DNA of 63,282 nucleotides, counting the filler, from Globobulimina sp. (taxonomy: Eukaryota): assembly GCA_003354225.1 (NCBI GenBank). It is 36 parts of 36 records of this genome, joined end to end, with 100 filler letters (N's around TTAATTAATTAA, not from the genome) between each part and the next. Parts side by side here need not be neighbours in the genome. Positions count along the whole stretch, not along the records: positions 45,788 to 47,447 come from PIVH01013484.1; positions 47,548 to 49,207 come from PIVH01013485.1; positions 49,308 to 50,967 come from PIVH01013486.1; positions 51,068 to 52,727 come from PIVH01013487.1; positions 52,828 to 54,487 come from PIVH01013488.1; positions 54,588 to 56,246 come from PIVH01013489.1; positions 56,347 to 58,005 come from PIVH01013490.1; 29 more parts are not named here. One strand, written 5' to 3'. The notes beneath the pieces were generated by a model. The model was not told the origin of the DNA. It made no database searches and saw only the letters and a list, made by a program, of their open reading frames with translations. Below, one piece after another: positions 46,032 through 57,812 of the stretch. The position numbers were made by a program, and so were the translations under genes. Numbering within the stretch: the first letter of the stretch is position 1; each line of letters begins with the position of its first letter.

Positions 46032-47447
46032 TCAGGCAGGCCACGTAGAATTGCGCCCATTATAAGTTCTATAAACATCTCTAGCAAAAGTCTTTTTATT
46101 TTGTGTATAAATTCTTAATTGGATCATATATGAAATTTGATTATTTTGATTGAAGCCAAAGCGTAAAATATAAAGAGGAATTTCTTGATTTTTTCTGGTC
46201 ATAAATTGATTTAAATCGGTTAACAGGCAATGATTAAATATTCGATCTTCCATTTGTTTGCATTCTATTTCTGTATTTAATTGTAATTGAAATGGAAAAT
46301 TTGATTCGAGGTTGGCTTGATAGGAAAACTCCAGTTGTTGTCGACACGATTTATCATAAATTTGAGTGTTACCATTATCATTATCATACCAATTCCATTG
46401 CATTTTGGGCTCAGATGCCGGCGATTTACAATGTAAATAATGTTCATTATCGACAATAATCGCATTACATTTGTAGGTTCTCGCCATATTCCACCAAGAG
46501 ATGGAATATTCTTTTTGCGCTAAACGTATTTTGATTGCATTCCGATTAATTGTAAAACCATCAAATTGTGTTCGTAATTCTTTGTGATGTAAAACGGCCA
46601 AAATTGCATTTAAATCTTTTTCATTTTCATCCTCTTCTAATAATTGCCAATAACCTTTTGATTGCGGATAAGTTTGAATTTTCTTCTCCATTTTTCTCCA
46701 TTTTGCCCATTTAAATCCGAATGATTCGATATTGTCAGCCTCGGAAATTAAAAAATTGACTTGTTTTTCATTTCCATTTTTTGTTTTATATAACATGCCA
46801 TTATAATCCATATTATTCTCGTTGGCAATTTGTTGCATTTCCATTTGCGACACGGCGGATAAATCAAACTCAAATCCATTTTGCGTGGCAGTTAAAACCG
46901 CGATCCATTTCACTTTCAATAAAGCGCATTCTTTATAGGTTTGGCTGTTTGTTATGGTCGGAATGCAATTTGTTTGCTGCAATATAATATCTTCCAATTC
47001 CTTCAAAATGGATCGAATTCGCGCCGGGTCCGCAGCTGATAATTGATACGAAAACACAGTCCGCGAACTATGCTGTTTTCGGAACATTGCTTGGAATAAA
47101 TCCAACCAATCCCAGTAATCCGATGCATCCAAATCAATATTTGCCACATTTAGCAACGACGACAATATTTCGTCTTTTTGGGCGATTTTCTTCTTCAACA
47201 CATCGGTTTTATTGAATAGCAGCACAAATTTGCACCGATTGAATCTTTGATCATTGCAATATGTTTTGAATAATTCCAAAGATTGCACAAAATTATTCCA
47301 ATTTGAATTATGTGGATTGATTTCCATAAACGAAGTCAAAGAGATCATAAATATTATCGTATCGATCTCGTTATTCTCGCAATTGTTGGACATGGATAAT
47401 ATCTTATTTTTGCGAGGCAGTATCCAACGAATATGTAAATCCGCGGC
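46032..47447 (-). CDS. G-alpha-like C-terminal half fused to an extension ending in a WWE-like domain, partial
   Basis: IIFMISL, SLELF...CN...F....VLLFNKTD.L..KI, YQLSAAD...I..I...LEDII (G-alpha); QWNWYD.....IYD.....LE.SY...MIQ.......RDVYR (WWE). Confidence 0.7.
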   Translation of the reverse strand, partial: AADLHIRWILPRKNKILSMSNNCENNEIDTIIFMISLTSFMEINPHNSNWNNFVQSLELFKTYCNDQRFNRCKFVLLFNKTDVLKKKIAQKDEILSSLLNVANIDLDASDYWDWLDLFQAMFRKQHSSRTVFSYQLSAADPARIRSILKELEDIILQQTNCIPTITNSQTYKECALLKVKWIAVLTATQNGFEFDLSAVSQMEMQQIANENNMDYNGMLYKTKNGNEKQVNFLISEADNIESFGFKWAKWRKMEKKIQTYPQSKGYWQLLEEDENEKDLNAILAVLHHKELRTQFDGFTINRNAIKIRLAQKEYSISWWNMARTYKCNAIIVDNEHYLHCKSPASEPKMQWNWYDNDNGNTQIYDKSCRQQLEFSYQANLESNFPFQLQLNTEIECKQMEDRIFNHCLLTDLNQFMTRKNQEIPLYILRFGFNQNNQISYMIQLRIYTQNKKTFARDVYRTYNGRNSTWPA

Positions 47448-48916
47448 NNNNNNNNNNNNNNNNNNNNNNNNNNNNNNNNNNNNNNNNNNNNTTAATTAAT
47501 TAANNNNNNNNNNNNNNNNNNNNNNNNNNNNNNNNNNNNNNNNNNNNGGGTTGGACTTATCGACATTGCGGCAAAATATCAGCGACAATGGAACAGATAT
47601 TAAATAGTAATTGACTTATATTGCATTGTTTTATTTATTGCACTAAAATTACGTTTCTGTGAGATATGATGTGTGCGTAGAAACAATAATTGGAATAGCA
47701 TCCGGTTTTCAAGGTAAAGCTATAATTTTTACCTATATACTGAAGACTTGCAGTGAATCTGCACAACGGCACTGCCCATTCCATCCCGCCAAATGAAGAT
47801 AGGATCGAATGAATCAAAATATTACTCGTTAATTTGATTAAATACTGCATCATCAAATCCATCGCATACACAAACTGCACCGACTTTATGCTTGGAATGA
47901 AGTGACGTTTTTTTTTGAGTTCTTGCTTTAAGAATGTCAGTGCAACGGTTAGAACATATTTGTAATACATTGCGGTGTGTTATATACATATGGATGATGG
48001 ATAAAAATATTTTATTAAAATGCAACAACATTACAGAAGTCAGTTTCCTTTGAAAGTACGAATGCAAATAACATCATCATACATTAATAATTATTGTAAT
48101 ACTTTTGATTTTATTAATTGGTTTCAATTTTTATTAGCATATAAAACAATAATTCATCCAAATACAAATAATAAGTTAATAACAATCCCATTATTCCTGA
48201 CATTAAACGTATCGCTGCGAATATTAATTATTGATTTATTTCAGAAGGATTTTATTAAAAATAAAATACCGACAAATATTTGGATGAAATGGAATGAAAT
48301 TACACGAAATCATTTATTACATTTTCAGTTTTTATAACAACAAGTTTTTTTTTTTTGTATATGACAAAAAAAATAACTTTTCTCAAACAAAAAAGTCATC
48401 AACGCCTTCATTTCATCCATAAAAATCATCAACGCCTTCATTTTTGCATTCATCACTGCCTTTTATGGATGACAAAAAAAATAACTTTTTTCAAACAAGA
48501 AAAAGAATCAACAGAAATTAATTCAAATATATTAAATGGAGAATTATTTGATAAATTTTTATTATTTTCTATTATTCCAAATTATTCCAAAATGTCGTAA
48601 ATTGCGAGATATTTTATATTTTTTTATTACAAATGAGAATTATTTATTATTGGACCAATTCTTTGAATATATTCTTTATTTAATATCCATTAATAAACAT
48701 CAACAATTTCATACATTTTTGAATTTATTTTTATTATCATTTATTAATTCATTTTTATTTTTGATTGATTAAAATTGTCGACAACATTGCTTCTTCAAAT
48801 ACACAACGACGAATTAATTCTTTGCAAAAATATCTTTCCATCGAAAACGACAAACGTTTTTAATCCGCTGAGTTGAAATGTTTTTGTTTGTTAGCTCGTT
48901 GCTTCAGACACACAAA

Positions 48917-49207
48917 ATGAATGCTCACATTCCGCTGACCTCAAATGAAATTGACAATATATTGGATGAATTGGAAGAAAAGGAACAGAAACAATTGAAT
49001 GAGAATAATACTCCTCCCATCTTTATTGATGTCCATTTATTCGACGAGGTATTTGCTGCATATTATCCACACTCAATAATTAAGCAAACTGCGTACTAAT
49101 TAAAGGTTTTATTGATGGATAAATCAAAAGGAACTGTTCAATTTATTGGCGAAATTAAAGGCAAAAACGGAATATTTTTTGGCATTGACATTAAAAAAGG
49201 AAAAGGT
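48917..49207 (+). CDS. CAP-Gly domain protein, 5' end (intron 49049-49105)
   Basis: Spliced product ..DEVLLMDKSKGTVQFIGEIKGKNGIFFGIDIKKGKG matches the CAP-Gly G.V.FIG......G...G..L...GK pattern. Confidence 0.75.
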
Positions 49208-49307
49208 NNNNNNNNNNNNNNNNNNNNNNNNNNNNNNNNNNNNNNNNNNNNTTAATTAATTAANNNNNNNNNNNNNNNNNNNNNNNNNNNNNNNNNNNNN
49301 NNNNNNN

Positions 49308-49936
49308 TGAAAATATTGCACTTTGTCATATAATTTTACATTTTCAATATCAGTTTGAATATTTTTTCCTTCTTTGCCAGAGGTCATGTCCTTGAGATTG
49401 AATGTGTTGGGTGGTGGAGCTGCTAAATACGTGACTGGGACGGTGAGGAATGAGAAGATTGAATCTGTTGCAATGGATGAAGTGTAATAATAATTTGAAT
49501 CAGATTTTGGTGGGATGTAAGAAATAATATGTGCGTAAATCTGTGATTTGTTTTTATGTAATTTATATAATTTATCACGTCCATTAATATAGGTTTTGCG
49601 AGCGATTGCTTTGGAATCAAAGGATAATTTAACCGGTGGCGATGGCAATGCGTCTGAATATCCGTCATTTGAGGGTATCGGTTGTAATGCGGAGGAAAAT
49701 ACTTTTTTAAATTGATTATTGGATTGGAAATTTTGTTGCAGCTTTTTCTTTTTTGATAAATACACTTCAAAATGAATTGATGTATCTCTTGTGTATGAAG
49801 TGCAAAAGCATTCAGTTGAAGATGGGTCGCATGATGGTGGGCTCCATAAACTGTAAACATATGTTCCTGTTTGATAGAAACTGTAGGCGAGATATGCTGT
49901 GGCTGCCCATGATGCGATTTGAATTACAATGGACAT
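49308..49936 (-). CDS. CLPTM1-like protein, N-terminal part
   Basis: TM helix then PPSC....C..SY......EVYLS, N..IYAHI, VP.TY...P..TFNL as in CLPTM1L. Confidence 0.65.
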
Positions 49937-50334
49937 GATTCAACGCGGTCGACAAAACTTTGCGAAAATGTTCTCTCCTAACTTTAACAAAGTAAACCGC
50001 CACCAAAATCACAATAAATTCGTCTCGAAAATTCGCCACCACCACACCAATTACATACATTCAAAACACAGGAGAAAAAAACAAAAATGCAAAAGACGAC
50101 ATCAAATGTTGACACCATTCGTAACAACTGTAATATCGTATTTTTTAAGTTTGATGGTACAGATTAAAATCATCGAAAAGCTGAGCAAATCATACTTGTT
50201 GCAATTTATTGCCCCAAATACCATAAATGATACATTCTATTCAATAAAACTCCTCAAAGGACAAGTTATTACAATGTCAGACAGTGTTTCTACATCACAG
50301 AGTCCGACATACATCACAAAGTCAAACGTAACTG

Positions 50335-50877
50335 ATGACGGATCCATTCATGTCCGATGTCTCAACAGCATTCAGAGACAAAATACCAACACCAATATCA
50401 TATACTATCGCAAATACAACGCATCATTTTACCAAATTACAACAAGCTGAATTACAAGATTTATTATTCATTATTGATACACATTGTGCTCAATCATTGA
50501 ATTCGAAAAATATCCGAGCAGTAACAACCTCCGCGTTGTCGGTATTTAAAGACTTAGATTGTCCGTTAACAGAAAAAGAAGCCGGGCTTGTTCGAAGCGA
50601 ATGTATTACAAATAGATTAAAAGAAATTACGCAATTTAATGATACACTGCAATTGCAATTAGTGGATTATTTTATTGGTGATTGCAACGTGACTCTGGAT
50701 CCTAAAATTGTGCAAACAATACGGATTTATACCGAGTGTTATTCATTATTGGAATATGAATTTATGCAAGAAATTGAATGTTACTGTGCACGGTTAAAAG
50801 CACATAAACCAAAACAATTATTTACTGGATGGGAAAGTTATATGATAGCTTATTGTGATAAAATGCAAATTTTATAA
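50335..50877 (+). CDS. Hypothetical protein
   Basis: 180-aa ORF with globular composition; no family recognised. Confidence 0.4.
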   Translation: MTDPFMSDVSTAFRDKIPTPISYTIANTTHHFTKLQQAELQDLLFIIDTHCAQSLNSKNIRAVTTSALSVFKDLDCPLTEKEAGLVRSECITNRLKEITQFNDTLQLQLVDYFIGDCNVTLDPKIVQTIRIYTECYSLLEYEFMQEIECYCARLKAHKPKQLFTGWESYMIAYCDKMQIL

Positions 50878-51067
50878 TGATTTCTTTTTTTCTTTTTTTT
50901 TATTGTTTGTCTCCGTGTATAAAAATAGTTTTTTTTGATAAGCAAAACTGCCTTTAATTTGTGTTCANNNNNNNNNNNNNNNNNNNNNNNNNNNNNNNNN
51001 NNNNNNNNNNNTTAATTAATTAANNNNNNNNNNNNNNNNNNNNNNNNNNNNNNNNNNNNNNNNNNNN

Positions 51068-52411
51068 TAAAAGTTTGTCCCAACTTAGACAGCACCTCAG
51101 TTTCAGTGATAATCGAAAGTGAAGTAGGCAGTTTGAAAGTTTTTGGGAACACAGGGAAACGTCATCGAGTGTAGAGGACTCAGTCAATAAAAAATAAAAA
51201 GATAAACTGCACTTGAGAGTATTTTGGAACCTGTTGGATACTCCAGTGCCAGTAGTGGAGAGTGGAGTTGCACCATTGGAGCCAAGTTGTGCGATTAACC
51301 AGTTGATACAATACACCAAACTTTGACCAAGTTGCTTGACGAATTGATCTGAAAATTGTTTACCCGAAAGTAATTTTGAATCAAAAGTCAAATTGTGTGT
51401 CTGTTTGAATGCAGTGAGTACAGTTGACAAGTCAGCACAGTTGTTTGTGGTCAATGTGACAGGCACTACAGTAAGTTGGTAATCAAAGTGCAAAACATGA
51501 GGCACACTAGATACAGTAGTGAGCAAGCGATTGACAACTTTAGCGCGCGAAAGTTTATGGGCAGTTAAGGTTTGTCCCAAATTAGATAGCACCCCAGTTT
51601 CGGTAGTAATCGAAAGCAAAGTTGGCAGTTTGAAAGTTTTAGCGGGTGCGCTAAAAGGAACAGTTGACTTATACCCAACAAAAGAACCATTAATTGAGAG
51701 ACAGTTCAACCCAGTTTTGGAAACAAGTACCTCACAAAGAGGAGTTTTTGAAAAGTTTGCCTCACTTTGAGGGCTTTGAACACAAGTTTGAAAGTTTGCC
51801 TCCTTGTGAGGACTTTGAACAAAAGTTTGAACCGGTACTGTCTCTGAATCATGTTCGATTGTACAAGTGTAGTCTGATGGAAAAGTTTTGCGCGAAGTTT
51901 CAATGCTAGTTTTGTCTAAATAAGCGCTGTCAGTAATAGTCAGAAAGTTTTGGTCAATCAAGTTAACTGCATAGCGCAAAAGTAAGTTGTCGTTTTGAAT
52001 TAGCTTGACTGCGCCATAGTTTTCACCAGTCCAAATAGAATCAATGGAGGAATAAATTTGATCGCATAAATTAGAAGTACTTTCTTGAAAGTAGTCAATT
52101 TCGGCAGTTAACATTGAGACAAAAGTATCTCTACTCCTGACTTTTAAATAAGCAACTTCTACCTCCTCACTAAGATAACCTAGTTTGAGAATTGACGCTT
52201 CAAGTCTATTTGTTGCCTCATATAAAAAGTTAAACAAAAGTTTGAGGTCTGACAAACTACATTGACTGACTGATATTGATTGCTCAAAAAGGAACTGCAA
52301 GTCTAGGATAGATGGTACCTGTAAACATAAGCTGCGTAATGATTGTTTAGCTTGCACATAACGATTTTTGAGTTCACGTACATTGGCCATTATAAAAAGT
52401 TTTTGATTCAA
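51068..52411 (-). other. Long ORF with internal duplications, possibly a degenerate retroelement gag-like gene
   Basis: Coiled-coil N-terminus; 39-bp tandem pair 51752-51829; ~75-bp block at 51068-51143 repeated at 51566-51640 out of frame; base composition differs from other contigs. Confidence 0.3.
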
Positions 52412-52827
52412 AAGTAAAGTTTTTGCTCAAAAGCGAATAGTTTGGCGAAAGTATTTAGGCAAAAACGGAAACAAAAAGTTTTGAATTTGGCGGAGTAAGT
52501 TGTGCCAGTATAAGTTGATGGATAACGAAAGTACAGTGCCAGTATACGGCTGTGCGTAAGCAAAAGTATTGGGAAAATGTGCGTGCCTAGTAGCGATGAA
52601 AGAAGAAGGCAGTTTAGTGTTTTACGTTTGTTTGCGACCAGACGCTTCAATAAGTATAGAAAATAGATGCCAGTGTAATATCGCAAACTAGTTCTAATAG
52701 CAAAGAGAGAAGTGAGCGAGCAAATAANNNNNNNNNNNNNNNNNNNNNNNNNNNNNNNNNNNNNNNNNNNNTTAATTAATTAANNNNNNNNNNNNNNNNN
52801 NNNNNNNNNNNNNNNNNNNNNNNNNNN

Positions 52828-53280
52828 TTTTTGTCGATCTGAATAAATTCCCGTCACCCGTTTTTCCTCAGCCGGTGTCAATTTGCGATCTGTAACGACC
52901 CGAACTTCGACTTCTTCAAAGCTGGTTTGAACCAATTGATATTGGCGAATAGGAAGCTCAAACAAAGCATCATCTGGTGGTAGGCCCGCGGTGAATTTGT
53001 CACCATTTTTCATCACAAACATATTATGCTTGCGCCCAACGATGCGCTTAATCACCGGCAAGCCGCGTCCACAACTGCAAGGCGCGCCAACTTCGGCATA
53101 ATCACCAAGTTCATAACGAATAAGCGGCATAGCATAATTGATCAAAGTCGTAATAACGCAGCGCCCGGTTTCGCCCGGTTTGCAAGGGCTGCCATCTTCG
53201 TGCAGAATTTCAACTAATACACTTTCAGACATCACATGCATGTTTTCTGAATTTTCCGGACATTGAATGGCGATAATATT
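52828..53280 (-). CDS. Bacterial phenylacetate-CoA ligase family (PaaK/CapK-like), C-terminal fragment
   Basis: IAIQCP, VLVEIL...G.PC.PGETG..VIT.L.N.AMPLIRYE.GD.A, CSCGRGLP....I.GR; higher GC; no introns. Confidence 0.9.
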
Positions 53281-54487
53281 GATGAACCATCCAACTGTGA
53301 TAATAGATTGTCGTCGTCTTTTATGGATAGAGCATGGGATGAATATTGGACGTATAGTCAGTATCCGTCGGGAAAGAATCAAATAGCACATGATAATTTT
53401 TTAGCTTATCCAATTCCGTCAGGTATACAGTAATGTGTATAATGCATGAAAACGTTTTGCTTATTTGAAATTTTGCTTATTTGAAATGTAAATAACTACA
53501 TCCACAGAACATTGGACTATATCATCAGATACAAATAACTCATGTTCTAAAATCAAATATTCTGCAGAGTTTAAATGGGACGAATTACTAAACTGTAAAT
53601 CTTTTGACGAAGCAACAGATTTGGTGGAGATTAACAGCGATGATAATTACATTAACATATCAGGAATATTTTACGTAAATATAATATCGCCCATTGCAAA
53701 AGATTTCGATATTGGACAATATTATGTTTATGAATTATTATCTTATCCATTTGTAATATCTGTTGGAAAAACAATTTATGTTTTAGATTCTGTCGGAATT
53801 TTCTTATTTACTGCATCGGTTATTAGTGTGCGTAAAAATAATGATGAAAATGTATTTAATATGATAATATTGACTGAATCTGCTGGATATATTTCATTAT
53901 CGATGCCAAGTTTATTATCTTCGCCAAATAATAATAACTTATTTTCTGTATTAAATTCGCACTCAAATTGCACTTCAGTTCAGTCGTTTATTTGTGTGCA
54001 ATTTTGGGAGTTAGAAGCTGTGGATATTTCATGTCCATTTATGTTTACTGGCGAGTATTCGTTGCAATTTGATGCTGTCTGTCATAGCCAACAGCAAACA
54101 GATAAATGTAATCAATATATCCAAGAACATGGATCGACTGTGTCATTATCAACAAATTTAATATTTTACGATCATATTTGTGACGACATAATTTGGTCCA
54201 TTGTGTACGATGCAAATATGCGATTTTATGATGAAAATACATTTACGACACCAATTGTGGGTAATCATCTTTATGTTGTCGGGGAAGATCGAGTTTATTC
54301 AGAAATATCAATCGATAATATCAACATTGATAGTAACGGATATGCTTTATTAGATGCTACATTATTGAATGTATGGTTATGTACAATCGATGAAGAAACA
54401 TATGGTTCTTTGACATTGGACGAGAATGACATAGCGCAGAGTGGATGTTTTGGAACTGATATTGATAACGATGGACCTTATCACATT
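53281..54487 (+). CDS. Extracellular Cys/Trp beta-rich domain resembling the FRAS1/FREM2/ECM3 C-terminal region, partial (intron ~53423-53508)
   Basis: CSKIKYSAEFKWDELLNC, CVQFWEL..FTGEYSLQF..VC, G.DRVYSEISID, NVWLCT...SGCF. Confidence 0.55.
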
Positions 54488-54812
54488 NNNNNNNNNNNNN
54501 NNNNNNNNNNNNNNNNNNNNNNNNNNNNNNNTTAATTAATTAANNNNNNNNNNNNNNNNNNNNNNNNNNNNNNNNNNNNNNNNNNNNAAAATGGTGATTA
54601 TTCATTTGATTATGAAACAAAAGGAGTTTATTATTATGTTAAAGATGGAACTGTGTTAGAAATGTGATACTTGTGTATAATAAAACGATCTCAGCGGAAA
54701 CACTTGCTGTCAATCTCCGACTACTAAACAGCTGTTTTTGTCTATTTTGATCGAAAAGATTGCTTTTTACACAAAATTAAAAAGTTTTTGTCTTGTTCAA
54801 AACGCGTGGATC

Positions 54813-56088
54813 ATGTCAAAGAAAAAAAATGCAAAAAGTGCAAAAAAAACAAATGTTGCTGAAATTTGTGCCACAAAAACAAGAATGCAAGTAATATTAC
54901 AAGAATATGTAAACACAGAATCGTTGACTCTATCACAACAAAAGTTGTTTATTTTCATTTATTTGGCGACATAATGTTAACAATTTTGTACCTATATATT
55001 CATTACAGATTAATAGTATCTTCATTGAGTCTCAGCAACCATTCATTATATGATTCAATGGTTGTAGACATCATCACAGATTTTCTAACATTTGCAAAAA
55101 AAATAAAATTAACTCCACTTCAAACAGAATCTATTTATCGTATCTTTCAAAGTGCATTATACAAAATAATGAGTTAAATAATTTTATACCAATATTTCTT
55201 TCGGAATTACAAATTCATTGACAAACGCAATATGTGTACAGATGACAAAGATTTACATTTGACGCAATTGACAAGTTATTTGAAGAAACAATTCTCGCTA
55301 CGAATTAAAGCAGAAACCGTAATGAATAATGATGAAAGTCATGAAACTGCGCAAGATATTTCCTCCCAATTATCTGAAAAACTCATTCAATTCATTGAAG
55401 AACGGATATTGTCACACTTTGAGTTATACAGAATTGCATTATTTGAAAGTAATCCATCAAATATAGAATATATTGAATTTAAGAAGGTATAAAACCACAC
55501 TCCGAGTAACTTAAATTAATAACACATGTTAATATATACAGCAATTTGAGATTGATGATATTGTGACGTTTCAAGATAAAAATTGTTTATTTCAAATACA
55601 AGAATTCCGATCAAATTATATCGTATTAAATTGTTTACATTCTGATTTTAAATCGCTTGATATACAAAATGAGAATGATACAAATAACACTGTAAAATAT
55701 AATATATCAAGAGATCAATTGCGATTTCTATCATTTGTATCCAAACCAGTTTAATATATATATTTCTATTCAGTGTCTATGTGTTTTTGATGAATACAAT
55801 CAGCAGAAAGCTGTTTTAGTAGATGTTGATGGGAAAGAAAGCAATGTAATCAATGAAAATGAAGATACAACAAAGCGAGATGAAGAAGTAGAAAAAGCAA
55901 ACGTTGACGGGGAAGAAAGCAAAAACAGTGATAAGAATGAAGGCGAATTTGGCGAAGATGCTCCAAAGACATTAATAGATATTATTGTGGACCGAAAAAT
56001 AAATGATAAATTGAAACGAATGCAACAAAAATTTGATCAAGAACTGGAGCAATATAAACAACAAATAAAGCAATTGAAGAATCGGTGA
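54813..56088 (+). CDS. Multi-exon CFAP119/C1a-32 (CLAMP)-like flagellar protein
   Basis: VVDIITDFLTFAKKIKLTPLQTESIY and IQFIEERILSHFELYRIALF resemble the two conserved CLAMP blocks; acidic coiled-coil tail. Confidence 0.45.
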
Positions 56089-56346
56089 ATACATTGACGT
56101 TGTAAATTTGTTTGAGTGTAATTAATTTTTCCTATTTAAAGCGATTTAAACTGTTTTTTTTTCATTGAGATACATGATTAATAATTAAAAAAACAAAATA
56201 CTAACTTTCTTCACGCCATGTCCACTGAAGCTAATAATGAAGGAGGNNNNNNNNNNNNNNNNNNNNNNNNNNNNNNNNNNNNNNNNNNNNTTAATTAATT
56301 AANNNNNNNNNNNNNNNNNNNNNNNNNNNNNNNNNNNNNNNNNNNN

Positions 56347-56794
56347 CATGCGAATGTTGTTTTTTGTGTATAAATGTTTGTAGTATAATCAACATACAAT
56401 ATTGTTCTGTCCATGGCGCAGTGGCATCCGCAGTGATGGCCAATGCTTCCTGCAATGTGGCATTATCTAAACCAGGGAATACTTTGCTAAATGGCATTTC
56501 ATCAATGATATATTGCCAAACTTCATTCATAAATTCAGTCACTTCTTCTTTTAATAACTGTCCATGAGCATAACCCATTTCGTAGGCACTCCCATAAACA
56601 TGCACTAAATAAAATCGTTGCTCACTAGGACCAGCTAAATATAATTTGCCATTGCTTACTTGTCTAATAAATTGAGGGTTTGCGTCGGAATATCCATACT
56701 CATTTGGCTGTGCATTTGGATCTGGTTTACCATGGCAATACGCACCCAATGATACCTTAAAAAGAATTGTGATGATCACGAGTGACGAGAGCAT
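56347..56794 (-). CDS. Secreted Ntn-hydrolase precursor (Dcd1/acid-ceramidase/C45-like), first exon
   Basis: Signal peptide, C.G.P, NGKLY, LVHVYGSAYEMGYAHGQLL. Confidence 0.7.
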
Positions 56795-56837
56795 GGTTTG
56801 CAGTAAGTAGATTGCTTTAATTATAGTTGTTATCAAA

Positions 56838-57812
56838 ATGAAACATGGAAACATTCCCATTTCAGCAAATGATGACCTTTATTTGGCGGCAATTAGTTCG
56901 ATTGCATTATGCTGCGTGATATCCATTTGTCTCTGCTTTGCAGCACTGTATAAATTATCACACAACCTTAATAATGACCACATTAAATTAGCACTGTACA
57001 ATGACCACATTAATAACTTGTATCGCCATTTAACGTTGATTTGCATCACATTATTCACTTTCTGTTGTATTGGCGATTGTATTCATGTCATAGTCAGATT
57101 CATAAAATTTCCTAACTATCAACTCCCAAAGCGAGAGGAATTAATAATAATTGTAATAGTTGATGCAATATATTATTTTGGAAACATTTTGTTTTATGTA
57201 ATATTGTTGTTTCGTGTTTATAATGTTTTTAAATTGAACAAACGTTCGACAATAATTCTGTCGATAATAATAATTATGGCTGGATTATCATCCGCAGCAT
57301 ATTGTATTGTTACGTTTTATTATGGATTTAACGGTGATTATAATGGATATCTGACAGCTGTTAAATACTTATCATATCCATTGGTGATTACAGATATTAT
57401 GTTAAACGTGAATTTATTTATTATATTTTGCTATAAAATGAAGAATACATTGATTGATATTGATAGAAATTTAAGTATTTATGATAATATTTCAAATGCT
57501 TTGGCCAAACATATCGTATTATTTGCCTCTGCATTGCTAACAAATGAATTGTTTTTTCTGTGGTTATTTTATTATTCACATTTTCCAGAAACCATTTCTG
57601 CCACAAATTATATACCATTGGTTACTATCACTTATATGTTGAGATCATTCGAAGTCACAGTAAATATATTAGTATTATGGTTGGTCACTGCTAAATATGA
57701 CGCATATATTTGTCTTTGCAAATACTGTCAATTATGCGTGACAAAATGTTGTATCACTAATAACAAAACAGCATACAATCCGTACTATGAAATGCAAACT
57801 TCATCTTTTTAA
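56838..57812 (+). CDS. 7TM GPCR-like protein
   Basis: Seven hydrophobic segments, LFRVY..F at the end of TM3, Cys-rich helix-8 region. Confidence 0.75.
   Translation: MKHGNIPISANDDLYLAAISSIALCCVISICLCFAALYKLSHNLNNDHIKLALYNDHINNLYRHLTLICITLFTFCCIGDCIHVIVRFIKFPNYQLPKREELIIIVIVDAIYYFGNILFYVILLFRVYNVFKLNKRSTIILSIIIIMAGLSSAAYCIVTFYYGFNGDYNGYLTAVKYLSYPLVITDIMLNVNLFIIFCYKMKNTLIDIDRNLSIYDNISNALAKHIVLFASALLTNELFFLWLFYYSHFPETISATNYIPLVTITYMLRSFEVTVNILVLWLVTAKYDAYICLCKYCQLCVTKCCITNNKTAYNPYYEMQTSSF

Noticed and set aside
52828-53391. Genuine HGT of a PaaK-like gene with the annotated N-terminus
   Set aside because: The first ~37 residues are the antisense of a eukaryotic exon; both genes break mid-domain, as expected of a chimera.
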